This document shows, in pieces, positions 38,150 through 49,100 of a stretch of 64,000 nt of DNA. The translations under genes and the position numbers were made by a program. The DNA lies in NCBI GenBank assembly GCA_030704615.1, contig CM060734.1, positions 5,952,001 to 6,016,000 of the forward strand, given 5' to 3'. Source of the DNA: Takakia lepidozioides. Taxonomy: Eukaryota > Plantae > Bryophyta. The notes under the pieces were generated by a model that did no database searches, was not told where the DNA came from, and saw only the letters and a list, made by a program, of their open reading frames with translations. Positions within the stretch are counted from its first letter, which is position 1, and each line of letters opens with the position of its first letter.

Positions 38150-38580
38150 ATCCCCTAACTGCCATCCAGGCCTGTAGGATGCTGACTCCTCCCAAAAGTC
38201 CAGGGTGAAGCCCATGGGATATAACACTGCCCCACCAATGAGGATATCGTAAGAGACCGCGTCTGTCACAATGGCCTTGGCTCGCATCACTGAGCCATCT
38301 ATAGGATGATCCGGCTGCAGTCTAATGGCCAACTCACGCCGTGTCATGCCCCGAGCCTGCTCTGATCCTCCCAGAGATGTCTGTATCTGGAAATGACAAG
38401 GCTCTATATCCGCCTCCATGAGGCCCAAACCTGCAATAGCAGCTCTGCCCAACATCAGTGGCTGAGCTCCCGAGTCCAACAAGACCCGCAGTGGCCGGTA
38501 CTTCTTGCCTGCCGGTCCACTCAAAGAGAAAATGCCATCCTGGTTGTCTAACAAGACAACTCCAGGTGTCACCATAGTGC
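38150..38580 (-). pseudogene. Aspartic protease domain of pol
   Basis: RVLLDSGAQPLMLG ... SYDILIGGAVLYPMGFTLD. Confidence 0.85.
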
Positions 38581-38858
38581 GCTCAAAGGCTGGCCTAGCT
38601 GGCAGCTCCGTCAACCTGGTAGCTGCAGCTTGCCAAGGCGCAGCCGTGGCAGTCTTGACCCTCAAATCTGAGGATCCCTATGCCGCTACACCTTCCAGTA
38701 ACTCCGCAGAAGATGAAGTGACCTCCCCATTCTCACAGAGTGTTGCTGCTAGTCTGAACACTGCAGCTGGTCTTACCCCCGGCGTCACAATCATGGTTGC
38801 CGAGAACAGTGGGGCTTAACACACAGAGGTGGCTGCCCCCAATAACACACCGGCTGCA

Positions 38859-40725
38859 CTAGCCTGCACTAGCCTTGGTAGCAGGTGTCAGTGATGCACG
38901 TGTAGCTCTTCCCAATGGCATAGTAACCTCTGCCTCGGTAACAATCGGGCGAGAACTAGGTGCCATGGATGGCGTCGACACTGTCTCCGCCAATGTGAAT
39001 GACTGAGGAAGCCTCGCCTGATGGCTTGCCTCCCCACGTTGTGGATCCAACTCCACCTCTGCACCTCGTGGCTCAGGAACTCGTGCTGCTCCTCGAGTCA
39101 CGGCTGCAGCAGACTCCACCTGCTCTAGTGGTAGTGCTACTCCGCACATGAATCCCATGCCTCCCATATCTCCACCCTCAGGAGCAGGAGGTGGACCATC
39201 CCGCCTGGGAGCCGGTACCACCTGAGCTGTAGCCATGACAGCGAGCCTCTGCTCTAGCTGCTGAAGCCGGTTGGCCATGCCTTGGTCAACACCCTGACCT
39301 CCGCGTCCTTAGCCATGTTGAGCTTGCCCTTGGCCTGCACCTCGTGCCCGGCCACCTCGTCCTCTCTTGGCTGGTCCAGCTCGCCCCGGCCACCATTGTT
39401 CCCTTGGAACTGGCCTGGGCGCAACTCAGGATGCAAGTCATAACATTGGGCATCTCCATGCCCATACTTGCCACAATGCCCACACTGCAACTGTGCAGGC
39501 TGTGATTGTGCTGGCCTTTTGCCACTCTCTGGGCAATCTCTCTTGACATGGGGTCCTCCACATGTCCAACATATCATCCCTGGTTGTTGTTGGCTTGCAA
39601 AAGATGCTACTGGCCTCTGCACCTGAGGTCCCCTGTAAGCTCCATGAAATTTGGGTTGGGAAACCTTGCCCCCCTGACCATGCTGTTGGGCAGTCCCTTG
39701 TGCCTGTGGGCTGGCAGCTGCGCCTGGTGCAGGCATGTCTTTGCCAAATCCAATGGTAATAACTCGCTCCTCTACCATGTTGAGCTCAATCCGCTCAGCC
39801 AGCAGAAACACATCTGCTAATGTGGGTTGGGCTGCTTGTAACAGGGTTGCATCCCATACCCTTCTCCTGAGCTCCTTGTCCAAAATTCCATACCATAACT
39901 GGATTGCCTGAGCTTCAGTAACCCCTTGGGTCACACTATCAAGCGCCTCATACGAGTGTACGCCTCTCGTAGGCTCTCACTGGGTTTGCGTTGGAAGTCT
40001 TGCAAACTTCGCAGCTTCTCTGTCCGTACACCTTGGTAGTTCCTCCGCAAATCCTGGAAGAACTCCACCACCGGGTTGAATCTAGGCACATGTGTTGTAG
40101 TCGTGGCGGGAGGAGTAGTAGCACATTTTGAACTGGTACCACCTGAAGAAGTACCGGCACTACTTGTTCCACTACTAGTGCTGGCAGTGAGAAATATTGG
40201 TGCTGATGCAGCTACTGGTCACGTCGTGCCTCGAGTAATGGAGACGTAGTCAGGTGACCAATACATCCTCCACTCCTCAATCTCTGCTTCATGTCCTCGC
40301 CTGAACTCGTGGTAATCGTCCATAGGCGGGCCTTCCAAATGCTGGAACAGTCCCTTCTACGCCATGAATGGGGTGAACAGCTGTGGATTGCGCATCTGCT
40401 ATAAATCACACCAGCTGTCGAACTCCTGGATAAAGTCATCCAGCTCAATTGTGCCCACAGCTCCAGAGTACCTACGAGGCCCCTTGGTAGCTCCATACAT
40501 CTCCTCCATGTCGTCCCACAACAATGGCAAATGAAACTGCACACCTGTTGATGAAGCCTCTGAGTCTGTGTCTGACTTTGCACTAGTTGAGGGTGGAGGT
40601 GAAGGTGGTCTGAACCGAATACCTCGTCTTGTGAACCCACTCTCACTATTACTACCTATAGCCGTACTCCCCTCAAAACCCTTGGGTAACTCCGTGATGA
40701 CACTCACAATGTGCACCTCCCCCAC
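38859..40725 (-). pseudogene. gag with zinc knuckles (frameshifted)
   Basis: LDDFIQEFDSWCD; ILDKELRRRV...VFLLAERIE; CWTCGGPHVKRDC and CGHCGKYGHGDAQC (CCHC). Confidence 0.85.
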
Positions 40726-40738
40726 GTGACACTATAAG

Positions 40739-40750
40739 GCTCTAATACTA
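40739..40750 (-). other. Degenerate tRNA-iMet primer-binding site
   Basis: Minus strand TAGTATTAGAGC versus consensus TGGTATCAGAGC, directly upstream of gag. Confidence 0.7.
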
Positions 40751-40759
40751 ATTCTAATA

Positions 40760-42146
40760 GCAAAAACGTCTCTACGTGCCGAAGGGAGAGATCAGAGATA
40801 GTCTCTTGAGAAAATGCCATGATGGCCCGCTTGCGGGCCACGGCGGAGCCAAGCGCACCGCGGCACTCTTGAAAAAAGAGTATTTCTGGCCCAAACTGAG
40901 GGAGGAGGCCGAGGAGTATGTCAAGACATGCACCACATGCCAACAAAACCGGAGCGAGTACAAAAAGCAAGCGGGACTGTTACAACCCTTGCTGATTCCA
41001 GAGGGGTCTTGGGAAAGTGTCTCGATGGATTTCATGACTGCTATGCTGCTGTCAAAAGGATTCGATGCAATCATGGTGGTGGTGGATAAGTTCAGTAAAA
41101 TGGGCCATTTCATCCCCACCAAGGAGACGGCAACGGCGCAGGAGACGGGGCGACTTTATTTCGCCCACGTCTTCAACCATCATGGATTCCCGAAGGATAT
41201 TGTCTCGGACCGCGATCCAAAGTTTACAAGTAAATTTTGGAGGGCACTTTGGAAGAAAATGGGGACAAGGCTCAAGATGAGCACCGCCTTCCGACCTACG
41301 ACGGACGGCCAAACAGAAAGGGTGAATTCCGTGGTGAAGCAGATCCTGCGGAATTACGTGTCGGCAGACCAATCGGACTGGGTGGAGCACTTGGATGCGG
41401 CAGAGTTCTATTATAATAACACAAAACACTCCGCAACGGGAGTTTCCCCTTTTGTATTGGTCTATGGAAAAGCACCTCTGGTGCCGACATGTTAGGCCGC
41501 CCAAGACGTTGAGGAACCAGCAGCAGCAGCAGTGCCGGAAGAACGCGAGCGTTTGTTGAAACTCGCAAAGTACAACATTGTCAAAGCTAGAAAACGGTAT
41601 GAAAAACAGGCGAATCAAAAGCAGATGGAAGTTAAGTTTGAGGTAGGCACGGAGGTCTGGTTGAACATCAAGAATTTCCGACTACCTCCGGAAGTGAGCC
41701 CGAAATTCGTACCTCCGTATGCGGGATCATTTCGCATCTGGAAGGTTATGAATGAGGATGTGTATGAATTGGAGCTGCCGGCAAACAGCAAGGTGCATCC
41801 GGTATTCCACGTCTCCTTTTTGAAGCCTTACTTCAAAGATAAAACGCGTCCGAATCGACATCAAGTGTTACGTCTGCCACCTGTGCTGTTGGATCATGAA
41901 AATGAACCTGAGTACGAGGTGGAGACAGTGCTTAAGTCGAGGAGGATCAAGAATCGAGAAACGGAGTATCTCGTGAAATGGAAGGGCTATCATCATGTGG
42001 AGGCATCATGGGTGCGTGCCTCAGAAATGGAAACGCATCTGAGGCGGTTGCAGCTTTTGAAGGGCGACCTCAAAAGCGGAAGAAGCGTTGATGGGGACAT
42101 CAACCTTGGATCGTGGGGGAGGAAATGCATGCTTAGCCCGGCTTAG
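40760..42146 (+). mobile_element. Chromovirus (Ty3/gypsy) integrase plus chromodomain, 5'-truncated
   Basis: CHDGPLAGHGG...CTTCQ; WESVSMDF; IVSDRDPKFTSKFW; TDGQTERVN; VHPVFHVSFLKPY; EYEVETVL...YLVKWKGY...SW. Stop at 41493. Confidence 0.93.
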
Positions 42147-42841
42147 CTAGCTCAAGAATCCGATTGCAAAAACTTGTGTTGTACAAATTTTGTTATAAAT
42201 GAAATGGTTTCCAAATGTTGCGCCTCCTATTTTATTTGGAATGGTGATGCATGGTATGGTTGGCTAGTGTGTAGAATGCATGCTAGCTTACAAAAGTGGG
42301 AGAGGTAAATTGGATTAATCGTGTGTTTGCGCAGAGCCAAAATCGGATGACTCCCATCTAATGGGCAAAGAAACTTGCGCCTTCTTGGGGAGTTCACGTG
42401 CTAGTGCGCACCTGACGCGTGCACGTACTATAATTGCGCTACCGAGGGGGTTGCCTTGTAGTGCGGGCTAACGCGGAAGCTACGTGCTTCCGTTCACGTA
42501 CTATAATTGTGTAGCCTCGGGACGAAGTCGTAGTGCGGCTTCGGCGTGTTCCCGTACCTCAGGCCAGCATTCCAAGGCGGACCCAATTGTAGTGATTGGG
42601 GCGCACGGTTGGTTCAAGGTTATCTTCCTAGTAAAAAAGGGTTCAAGGTGAACCCTTGCTCAAGGTGACGCCAAAAGCGACATCATGAGCGGTCGCAAGC
42701 AATGTTGTTGCAGTAAGACGATTCGATCCTCGGGGATGATCGTTTCTTGGCCTTGAAGTAGGCCAAGAAGAGTGCACTGGGTGGAGCTTGAGAGGCTCCA
42801 CCCTTGGCCGGGACTTGGAAAAAGTTGGCCGAACTAGCTAG
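42109..42841 (+). mobile_element. PPT and probable 3' LTR of the chromovirus, cut by the next repeat
   Basis: GTGGGGGAGGAAA followed by TG at 42126, then non-coding sequence up to the repeat starting at 42842. Confidence 0.5.
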
Positions 42842-43721
42842 TGGAGAGTAGAGTCAAGTGTGGGGTTTGGTTCTTTGCCATAGGACGCCGTGGTGCGGAA
42901 ACAAACTCCTTGATGTAGGACGCCATAACTTGGATGTTCGTTTCTACAAAATGGACAAGTCGATGAGGACATTGACTCCCTGTTGGTAGGGGTGTGTGTC
43001 GCGGCCCTTTGCCTTGAGGGCAGGGGGTCGGGATGCAGGAGGGGCTACCCCTGTGGTGGGGGCAGTGGCAGCGATAGGTATGGGGGGCTGAAGCACCCTT
43101 GAGTGCCCAAAGCACTCAAGGAGGCGGAGACGATCACTAGATGGAGCCCCACACACCGGGTTGCGGTGGGGGTGGCTCCACAAGGGGTGGTGGTAGCTTA
43201 GCGAGACTTAGTGGGGGTGGCATATGACTCACCATGGGGCGGAGACCTTGTGGTGGGAGTCGTGGGGAGTCTTGGGACTCATCACGGTCCAATGGGACCG
43301 TGGTGGGTGGGCCAAGACTCACCGCAACTCATCACTGAGAATCGAGGGTCTTCGTGGTGGTTCGCCATAAAATGACATGGTTGTTTGTGAAACCCCTGCG
43401 GACAGTCACAGAAGTATATATATGGAGTAGTAACCCCGAGAACGGTGCAAGCCCGCTGGTGACCAAAAATTAGTGAGTAAGCGAGCGAGCCGGAAAGCGA
43501 CCATGAAGTGAGGAGCTATTCCGGACTGCCAACTACCGAGGGAATTTCCACTAGGCCCAAAATGTTGGAGGGTCTGTTGGGGGAGAAAAAGGGGACCGTT
43601 ATGTCCCAGTGAGCAGCCGAAGCTCCGAGTTGGCCCGGCGGCCAGGTTGGGAGTTAAGCGTGTGCATTAAAGCGAGTAACTATGACTTGAAGGGGAGCTT
43701 ACCGAAGTGAGGTGCGCGACA
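42842..43721 (-). mobile_element. LTR-like repeat, copy 2 (inverted relative to 72-954)
   Basis: Reverse complement begins TGTCGCGCACCTCACTTCGG and ends TACTCTCCA. Its ORF translations match those of copy 1. Confidence 0.75.
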
Positions 43722-43949
43722 TATATATATATTTAGATTGCTTTTGTGATACATAGATGTAGCGTATGTGTGTTGGTTAGTTTGTAGTGTCTTAGAAATG
43801 TTATAACGTGGAGGTCTTAGGTTCAAGTATGCATTGCATGATATATGTAGAACAATGAACATATCGCCATTAGACAGAATCGGAGTCAATGGTCAACAAG
43901 TTTTTGAAATTCAAATTTTCCCGCCTAAATTCAAATGTACCCCGTTAAA

Positions 43950-44011
43950 TTGTGACGTCCGGGCGTCGCACTTTGCGACCCCCGGACGGTGCTAATTCTG
44001 CATTGCAGAGT

Positions 44012-44043
<32 letters not shown>

Positions 44044-44229
44044 CGACGTCCGGGCGTCGCAAATCGCGGTTTCGCCTATTTGCGACCCCCATTCGTCGCA
44101 AATTTGCGACGTTTTTTTGGCGACGCCCTTGCGACGCCCGGGCGTCGCAAATTTGGTTCTTCCCCCCTTCCCAAAAAAGGCTGTTTTACGACGCCGCGGC
44201 GTCGAAACCCCCCCCTTTTTCCTATAGTG
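43950..44229 (+). mobile_element. CACTA element right terminus with subterminal repeats
   Basis: Ends TTTTCCTATAGTG (CACTATAGGAAAA on minus). Preceded by many GCGACG/CGTCGC repeats in both orientations. Confidence 0.75.
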
Positions 44230-46151
44230 TCAACCCAGCCTCACCATAGAAAAACACTGGTGGTTTGCTGTTCATCACTCGGCTAGCCTCACTTTGTCCG
44301 CATACTCTAGGATTGACCAATGATCAAGTCCGGCCTAAATCCCTAGGAAAGCAAGCGTTCACACAAAACTAACATGATGCACAGTCAAGCATGCAGGTGT
44401 GAAGAGGATCCAAACACAAGAAAACCAAACAACAACACTCCCACACCAAAATTCTTTCGCAATATCCCCCGAGAACATCCCAACCCAAACCTGAGTAATT
44501 CTGTAGCCTCCGCCTATGTAGGGATAGGGGGCGGGGCGGACAGGTTCTGTTTTGCGGGGGAAGGTTGCTTGTGCGCTAGGGGGTGTGGAGGGATCTAGGT
44601 GTCTGGAACCTGCGAGGCAACGTTTAAAGCAGGTGTGACACCCACTTAATGAGCCTAATTCTCAGGCCGAATCGGCCACCCAGGGTCTACTGCCGATTCG
44701 TAGGGATGGCCGATTACGCACAGAAGACGCCACAGCTACCAGTGAGGCCCATGTCGTCAGCCATCTGCCATCAACCCGCCCGCATTCCCTCGGAGGCTCG
44801 CTCCGTTTTTATGTCCTCTCCAACCTGGGCAATCGATATGGGATAATGGAACCTCAATCACATTGCGCCAGGTGGTGGCGAGAATACCCCACAACCTGCT
44901 TTTAACGCCAATGAAGGGGCCGCGTTGGCCGACTCTGCCCTGTGCGCGGCCGTAGGGCTCGCCCAAAGGCCGCTTACAGGGCAGAATCGGCCAACGCAGC
45001 CCGTTCTCTAGAACGGGAAAGGCGGGTCCGCATAGCGGGATGCAAGCGAAAATCGGAGTCCGCGGACCGGGTAGGGACCGGCTACGTGGGACGGATTTGA
45101 TTGTGCTTAGGTAGGCAGTGACACTGAACCGTCTGCCTGCACTTGCGTTGCTGCTTGCCCCTGTGCGGAGTCTCCGGACGTGCTGCCTGCGAGTCTCGGC
45201 GTTGCGCGCTTGTCTTGTGCAGGCAGCAGAGTCACGGTTGAATCATTGCCGTTGTACGCTCCAGGCGGCTTACTAAAGTTGCCAGTGATTTGTGACCTGC
45301 GCTGTGTTATTTGCGCAAGCTCTTAGGTCTGGCAGAAGCTTTGGGAGATGATGGTGAGTTGCTCTAGTGTTCTGGAGTGTTGTACGGCTGAGGAAGAGAA
45401 CGTAAGTTCTTCGGACAGTGTTCCCCTTGTTCCACTCGCCGTTGGCTCCAGCGTCCAGGTATGGGGCGCTTAGGTTTTTCGTCTAACATGGTTGGAGCTT
45501 GAGACAGTGGTCTCTGTCAGCACGGGTGGTTCTATCTCCGGGTGGCATTGTTGAAGCTGTGATGTGTCTTGCAGGCTTTTCTTCGCTGGCAGTCTGATTG
45601 TCATGGTGTTGAAATCGTTGTGCTTGGTGGCACTTTCTTCGAGCTTCTAGGTGCGATTCGCACCATTCACTGAGATCAGTGTCCCCCTCTTTGCGACTCT
45701 GCACGTGTCTTCCATTATCTACCCTTCGCTAATATCCGTTACTGTTTGGGTGGGCCTTACTGTTCCTTTGAATGTGATGTACCCTAGAAACGTGCTATGT
45801 AATATTGGCTTCTATTTATGCCCTGCCATCCACCCCAAAGTCCTCATTTGAAGACAACAATCCTGACCGCAAATGTGGTCAGGGTAGGTGCTCTTTGTTG
45901 TGATAGGCAGTGTCTATCTCAAGTCTTGAAGCCTAGATCGCTGTTCAGTTTTTTGTGTTTTTTTGGTTTTTGTGTTTTTTGCTCCAGAGTGCATTGGCTA
46001 AGGTGCATGGAGGGTAAATATGGTTTTAGTCTGTTTGTTTGCTGTACTAATGTTTGGAACATTTGGCTTTGGGAAATTCCGTTTACAGGGTCAACTTGCA
46101 GGTAACAAACAGCCATTGGTATTCTAGGAGTCTTTCCAGTCAGGGAGACAG

Positions 46152-49100
46152 ATGGAAGAGGACGACCCTGGCACAGGCCCAGTTGCCCATGCCGCAGAGG
46201 TTACAGAAGTGGAGGGGTTGAGGACCAATGGGCGGCATGTTGCTCTTGAGGACGGACTAGTGGATAGGGATGGGGCCTTGGGATTTGGAAACCCAACTGA
46301 GATGAGAAGTGTGTCCTTTGGTTCCATTTCAAGTCCACCCAGGGCTAGTAATGCTGGGGCATTGAACTCTCCAGACACCAAGAGAGAGAAGGTGAAGATA
46401 TTGTTGAAGAGAAAATCTCGGGATGAGGGCTCTAGAGAACTGGAGACGGCATTGAAGAAGCAAAATGTGGTGATCACCTCTGTAGGAAATGCGGAGGCGG
46501 CTTTCACAACGTCCACCACAGCTGCGGCACAGGATATGGCTGCAGTAACATCAACACAAGCTGTGCTCCTGCACACCTCAGAGATGGACATGAAGGATAG
46601 GTATGTGACTGGACTGGCTGTCCTTGCAATCTTAGATGATTAATTCCATACAGGACTGTGCTTTAGTTTCTAGTTCTAGCTGAAGAATATTTCAGTACTG
46701 GAGCCTTACAAAGGTGCAGGAGGATTTTTCAATAATCAATCGCCCGAAAAAAACTATCATTTTGTATGTGGTATGGAAATAGAAAGTCAGCACGCTTTGA
46801 GCTCAAAGATTACCCCTGCTCCACAGGGAAGTCACAGGACCTGTAAGTTAAGAACAGTAGGTGTGTTGTGATAATCCTTCATAATTTGTATTTTCTTAAT
46901 TCAAATTGGTTAATTCTGGTCTACAACACACAGCCAGGTGGCAACCTCTTCTGAGACACCTATTCCAACTGAAGGTCTATCAGGCTTGTCAACCTCTTCT
47001 CCCGCCATTGGTGAATCCACCCTGGAGGCAAGCAAGCCTACAATGAGTGGCCTTGCAAAGAGTTTGCCAAGCTCCCTCACCTTGAGCTCAAATGGTGGTT
47101 TGTTGGTTGAGACTGAGAGCTCTGGAATTGATTCACTCCTTGTCACTCCTGTGAGGATTCATGAAAGGTCAGCTACTGTTGAGCCCATGCAGTTGGAGAG
47201 GGAGGATGTTGATGCTGCTGTGGAGGCAAGCAAAACTGCCACGGATCCAGCAATTTGCTCAAATGTTGGCTCTGAGGTTGAGACACGAGGTGCTGGAGTT
47301 GATGAAGGCATCATCACTACCGTGGAAATTGAGGAATTATTGGCTACAGTTGAGCCCTTGCAGTCGGAAACCAAGGAAGGTGATTCCGCTGTGGAGGCAA
47401 ATGGAGCTGTTGTAAGTGAGGCTTTAGACTTACAGGAGCCAGTAATTGGCTTCGATGCTGGCTTGAAGGTTGAGACTCTGAGCTCTGGAGTCTGCGAATT
47501 TCTTCTCACGGCTATGGACATTGCAGAAATATCAGCTATGGTCGAGCCTATGCAGTTGGAGGCGAAAGAAGTTGAGCTTATTTTGGCGGCCAACAACAAT
47601 GGTGAGAGCGGGCTTTTAAACTCAAGGGAGCCTGCAGTTGTCTCAAGCGTGGGCACAAAGGTTGAGACTATCAGTTCTGGAGCTGATGAATGCATCATGC
47701 CTCCGGCCACAATTGATGAAAGATCAGCTATGGATGATCAGCCTATGCAGTTGGAGGTGAAGCAAGTTGATTCTAGGTTGGAGGCAAGCAGCGCTGTTGT
47801 AAGTGAGCTTCCAAAGGCAGGGGAGCCAGCAATCTCAAGTGTTAGCTCAAAGTTTGAGGGACCGAGTCCTAGAGTTGATGAGTGCATGATGGCCACAGTG
47901 AAAATTGAGGAGACGAAGCAAGTTGATTCTATCCACGAAATAAATGAAGCTGTTGTTGGTGAGCTTTTAGAGCAAGGGGAGCCAGCAGTTGACTCAAGTG
48001 TTGGCTTGAAGGTTGAGACTGTGAGTTCTGGAGGTGATTCCATCATTTCCACTGGGGAAACTGAGGGAAGATCAGCCGTAGTTGAGGGCATGCAGTTGGA
48101 GACGAAGGAAATTTATTCTACTCTGAAGAGAAACAATTCTCTTGCCAGTGAGCTTTTACGCCCAGGGGAGGGAGCAGTCAGGTCAAGTGCTGGCTCGAAG
48201 GTTGAGACTCAGAGTTCAGGACTTCATGAATGTGTCATCACTAATGTGAAACTAGAGGAAAGTTCAACTTCTTTTGAGCCTATGCTCTTGGAGAGAAATG
48301 AGCTAGTGCTGGGCACGTTCAACAGCACTGGTGAATTGCAACAGGGTGCTGAATTTGAAACAATGGTCAAGGTCGACACATTGCATGGTGCAGATTGGCG
48401 GAGTGAGAAGGATTTTGTAGAGCCAGCATTGGAAGTGGCTGCACCAAAGGCAAAAAGGACACCTCTTTCTTTCCGGCCGGTTGATGTGCTCCCCTCTATA
48501 GACGGTTTTGGGTCTGCTGGTGGACCTTCAAATTCTTCGCACCGTCGCCTGTCTGCTTCAATGCCATCAAATTCTTCTGCCACATTTGTTCCGGCAAAGC
48601 GGTCCCCACTTCCTTTTCCTGTGGTGAGGTCCCCGCTGCCTCTCTCTGGGCAAGGTCAGCGTTCGTCTGTTGGAAGCGCTGTTAAAGAAGAGAATGAGTT
48701 GTTTTCTCTCCTCCAGGTGGGGCAAACTGATCAATCAGGGGATGCTATTGGATTATCCTTGGGTCAAGTAAGTGTCTTGCAGCCTCCGCCTGTAGTGTTG
48801 CACTTGACTTCCATCAGAAACCCAAAGATGTGATTAGTTGAACTCCTTATGTAGGGATGGCTGCTGATACTGGTAGATCATTCTGCCAATAATGTCCTAT
48901 GTCCTACCAGCGGGTAAAAGTGTGAGTAGAAGGCTGCTCAAGTTATACGTACTGTATTTGACATAGCCATCTCTTAGATGGTGATGCATCACTAGTTTTC
49001 TTGGCTCTGCTCAAAAGCATTTTTTTTTATCTACACTGTAAGAGCTTAGCATCAAGTATCACTGGAGATCACTGTAAGTTGAAACAACAGTGATTGTCCA

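Larger units (their letters stand above)
33116..40750 (-). mobile_element. Ty3/gypsy LTR retrotransposon internal region: gag - PR - C5-DNA methyltransferase - RT - RNase H - IN - PHD
   Basis: PBS at 40739-40750 and PPT at about 33120. The ORF pieces 38665, 37624, 37210, 36925, 36457, 35587 and 33646 all lie in one minus-strand frame, separated only by single stop codons. Confidence 0.93.

Noticed and set aside
47159-48583. Long minus-strand ORFs opposite exon 2
   Set aside because: Antisense shadows of the repetitive coding exon, with no independent motifs.
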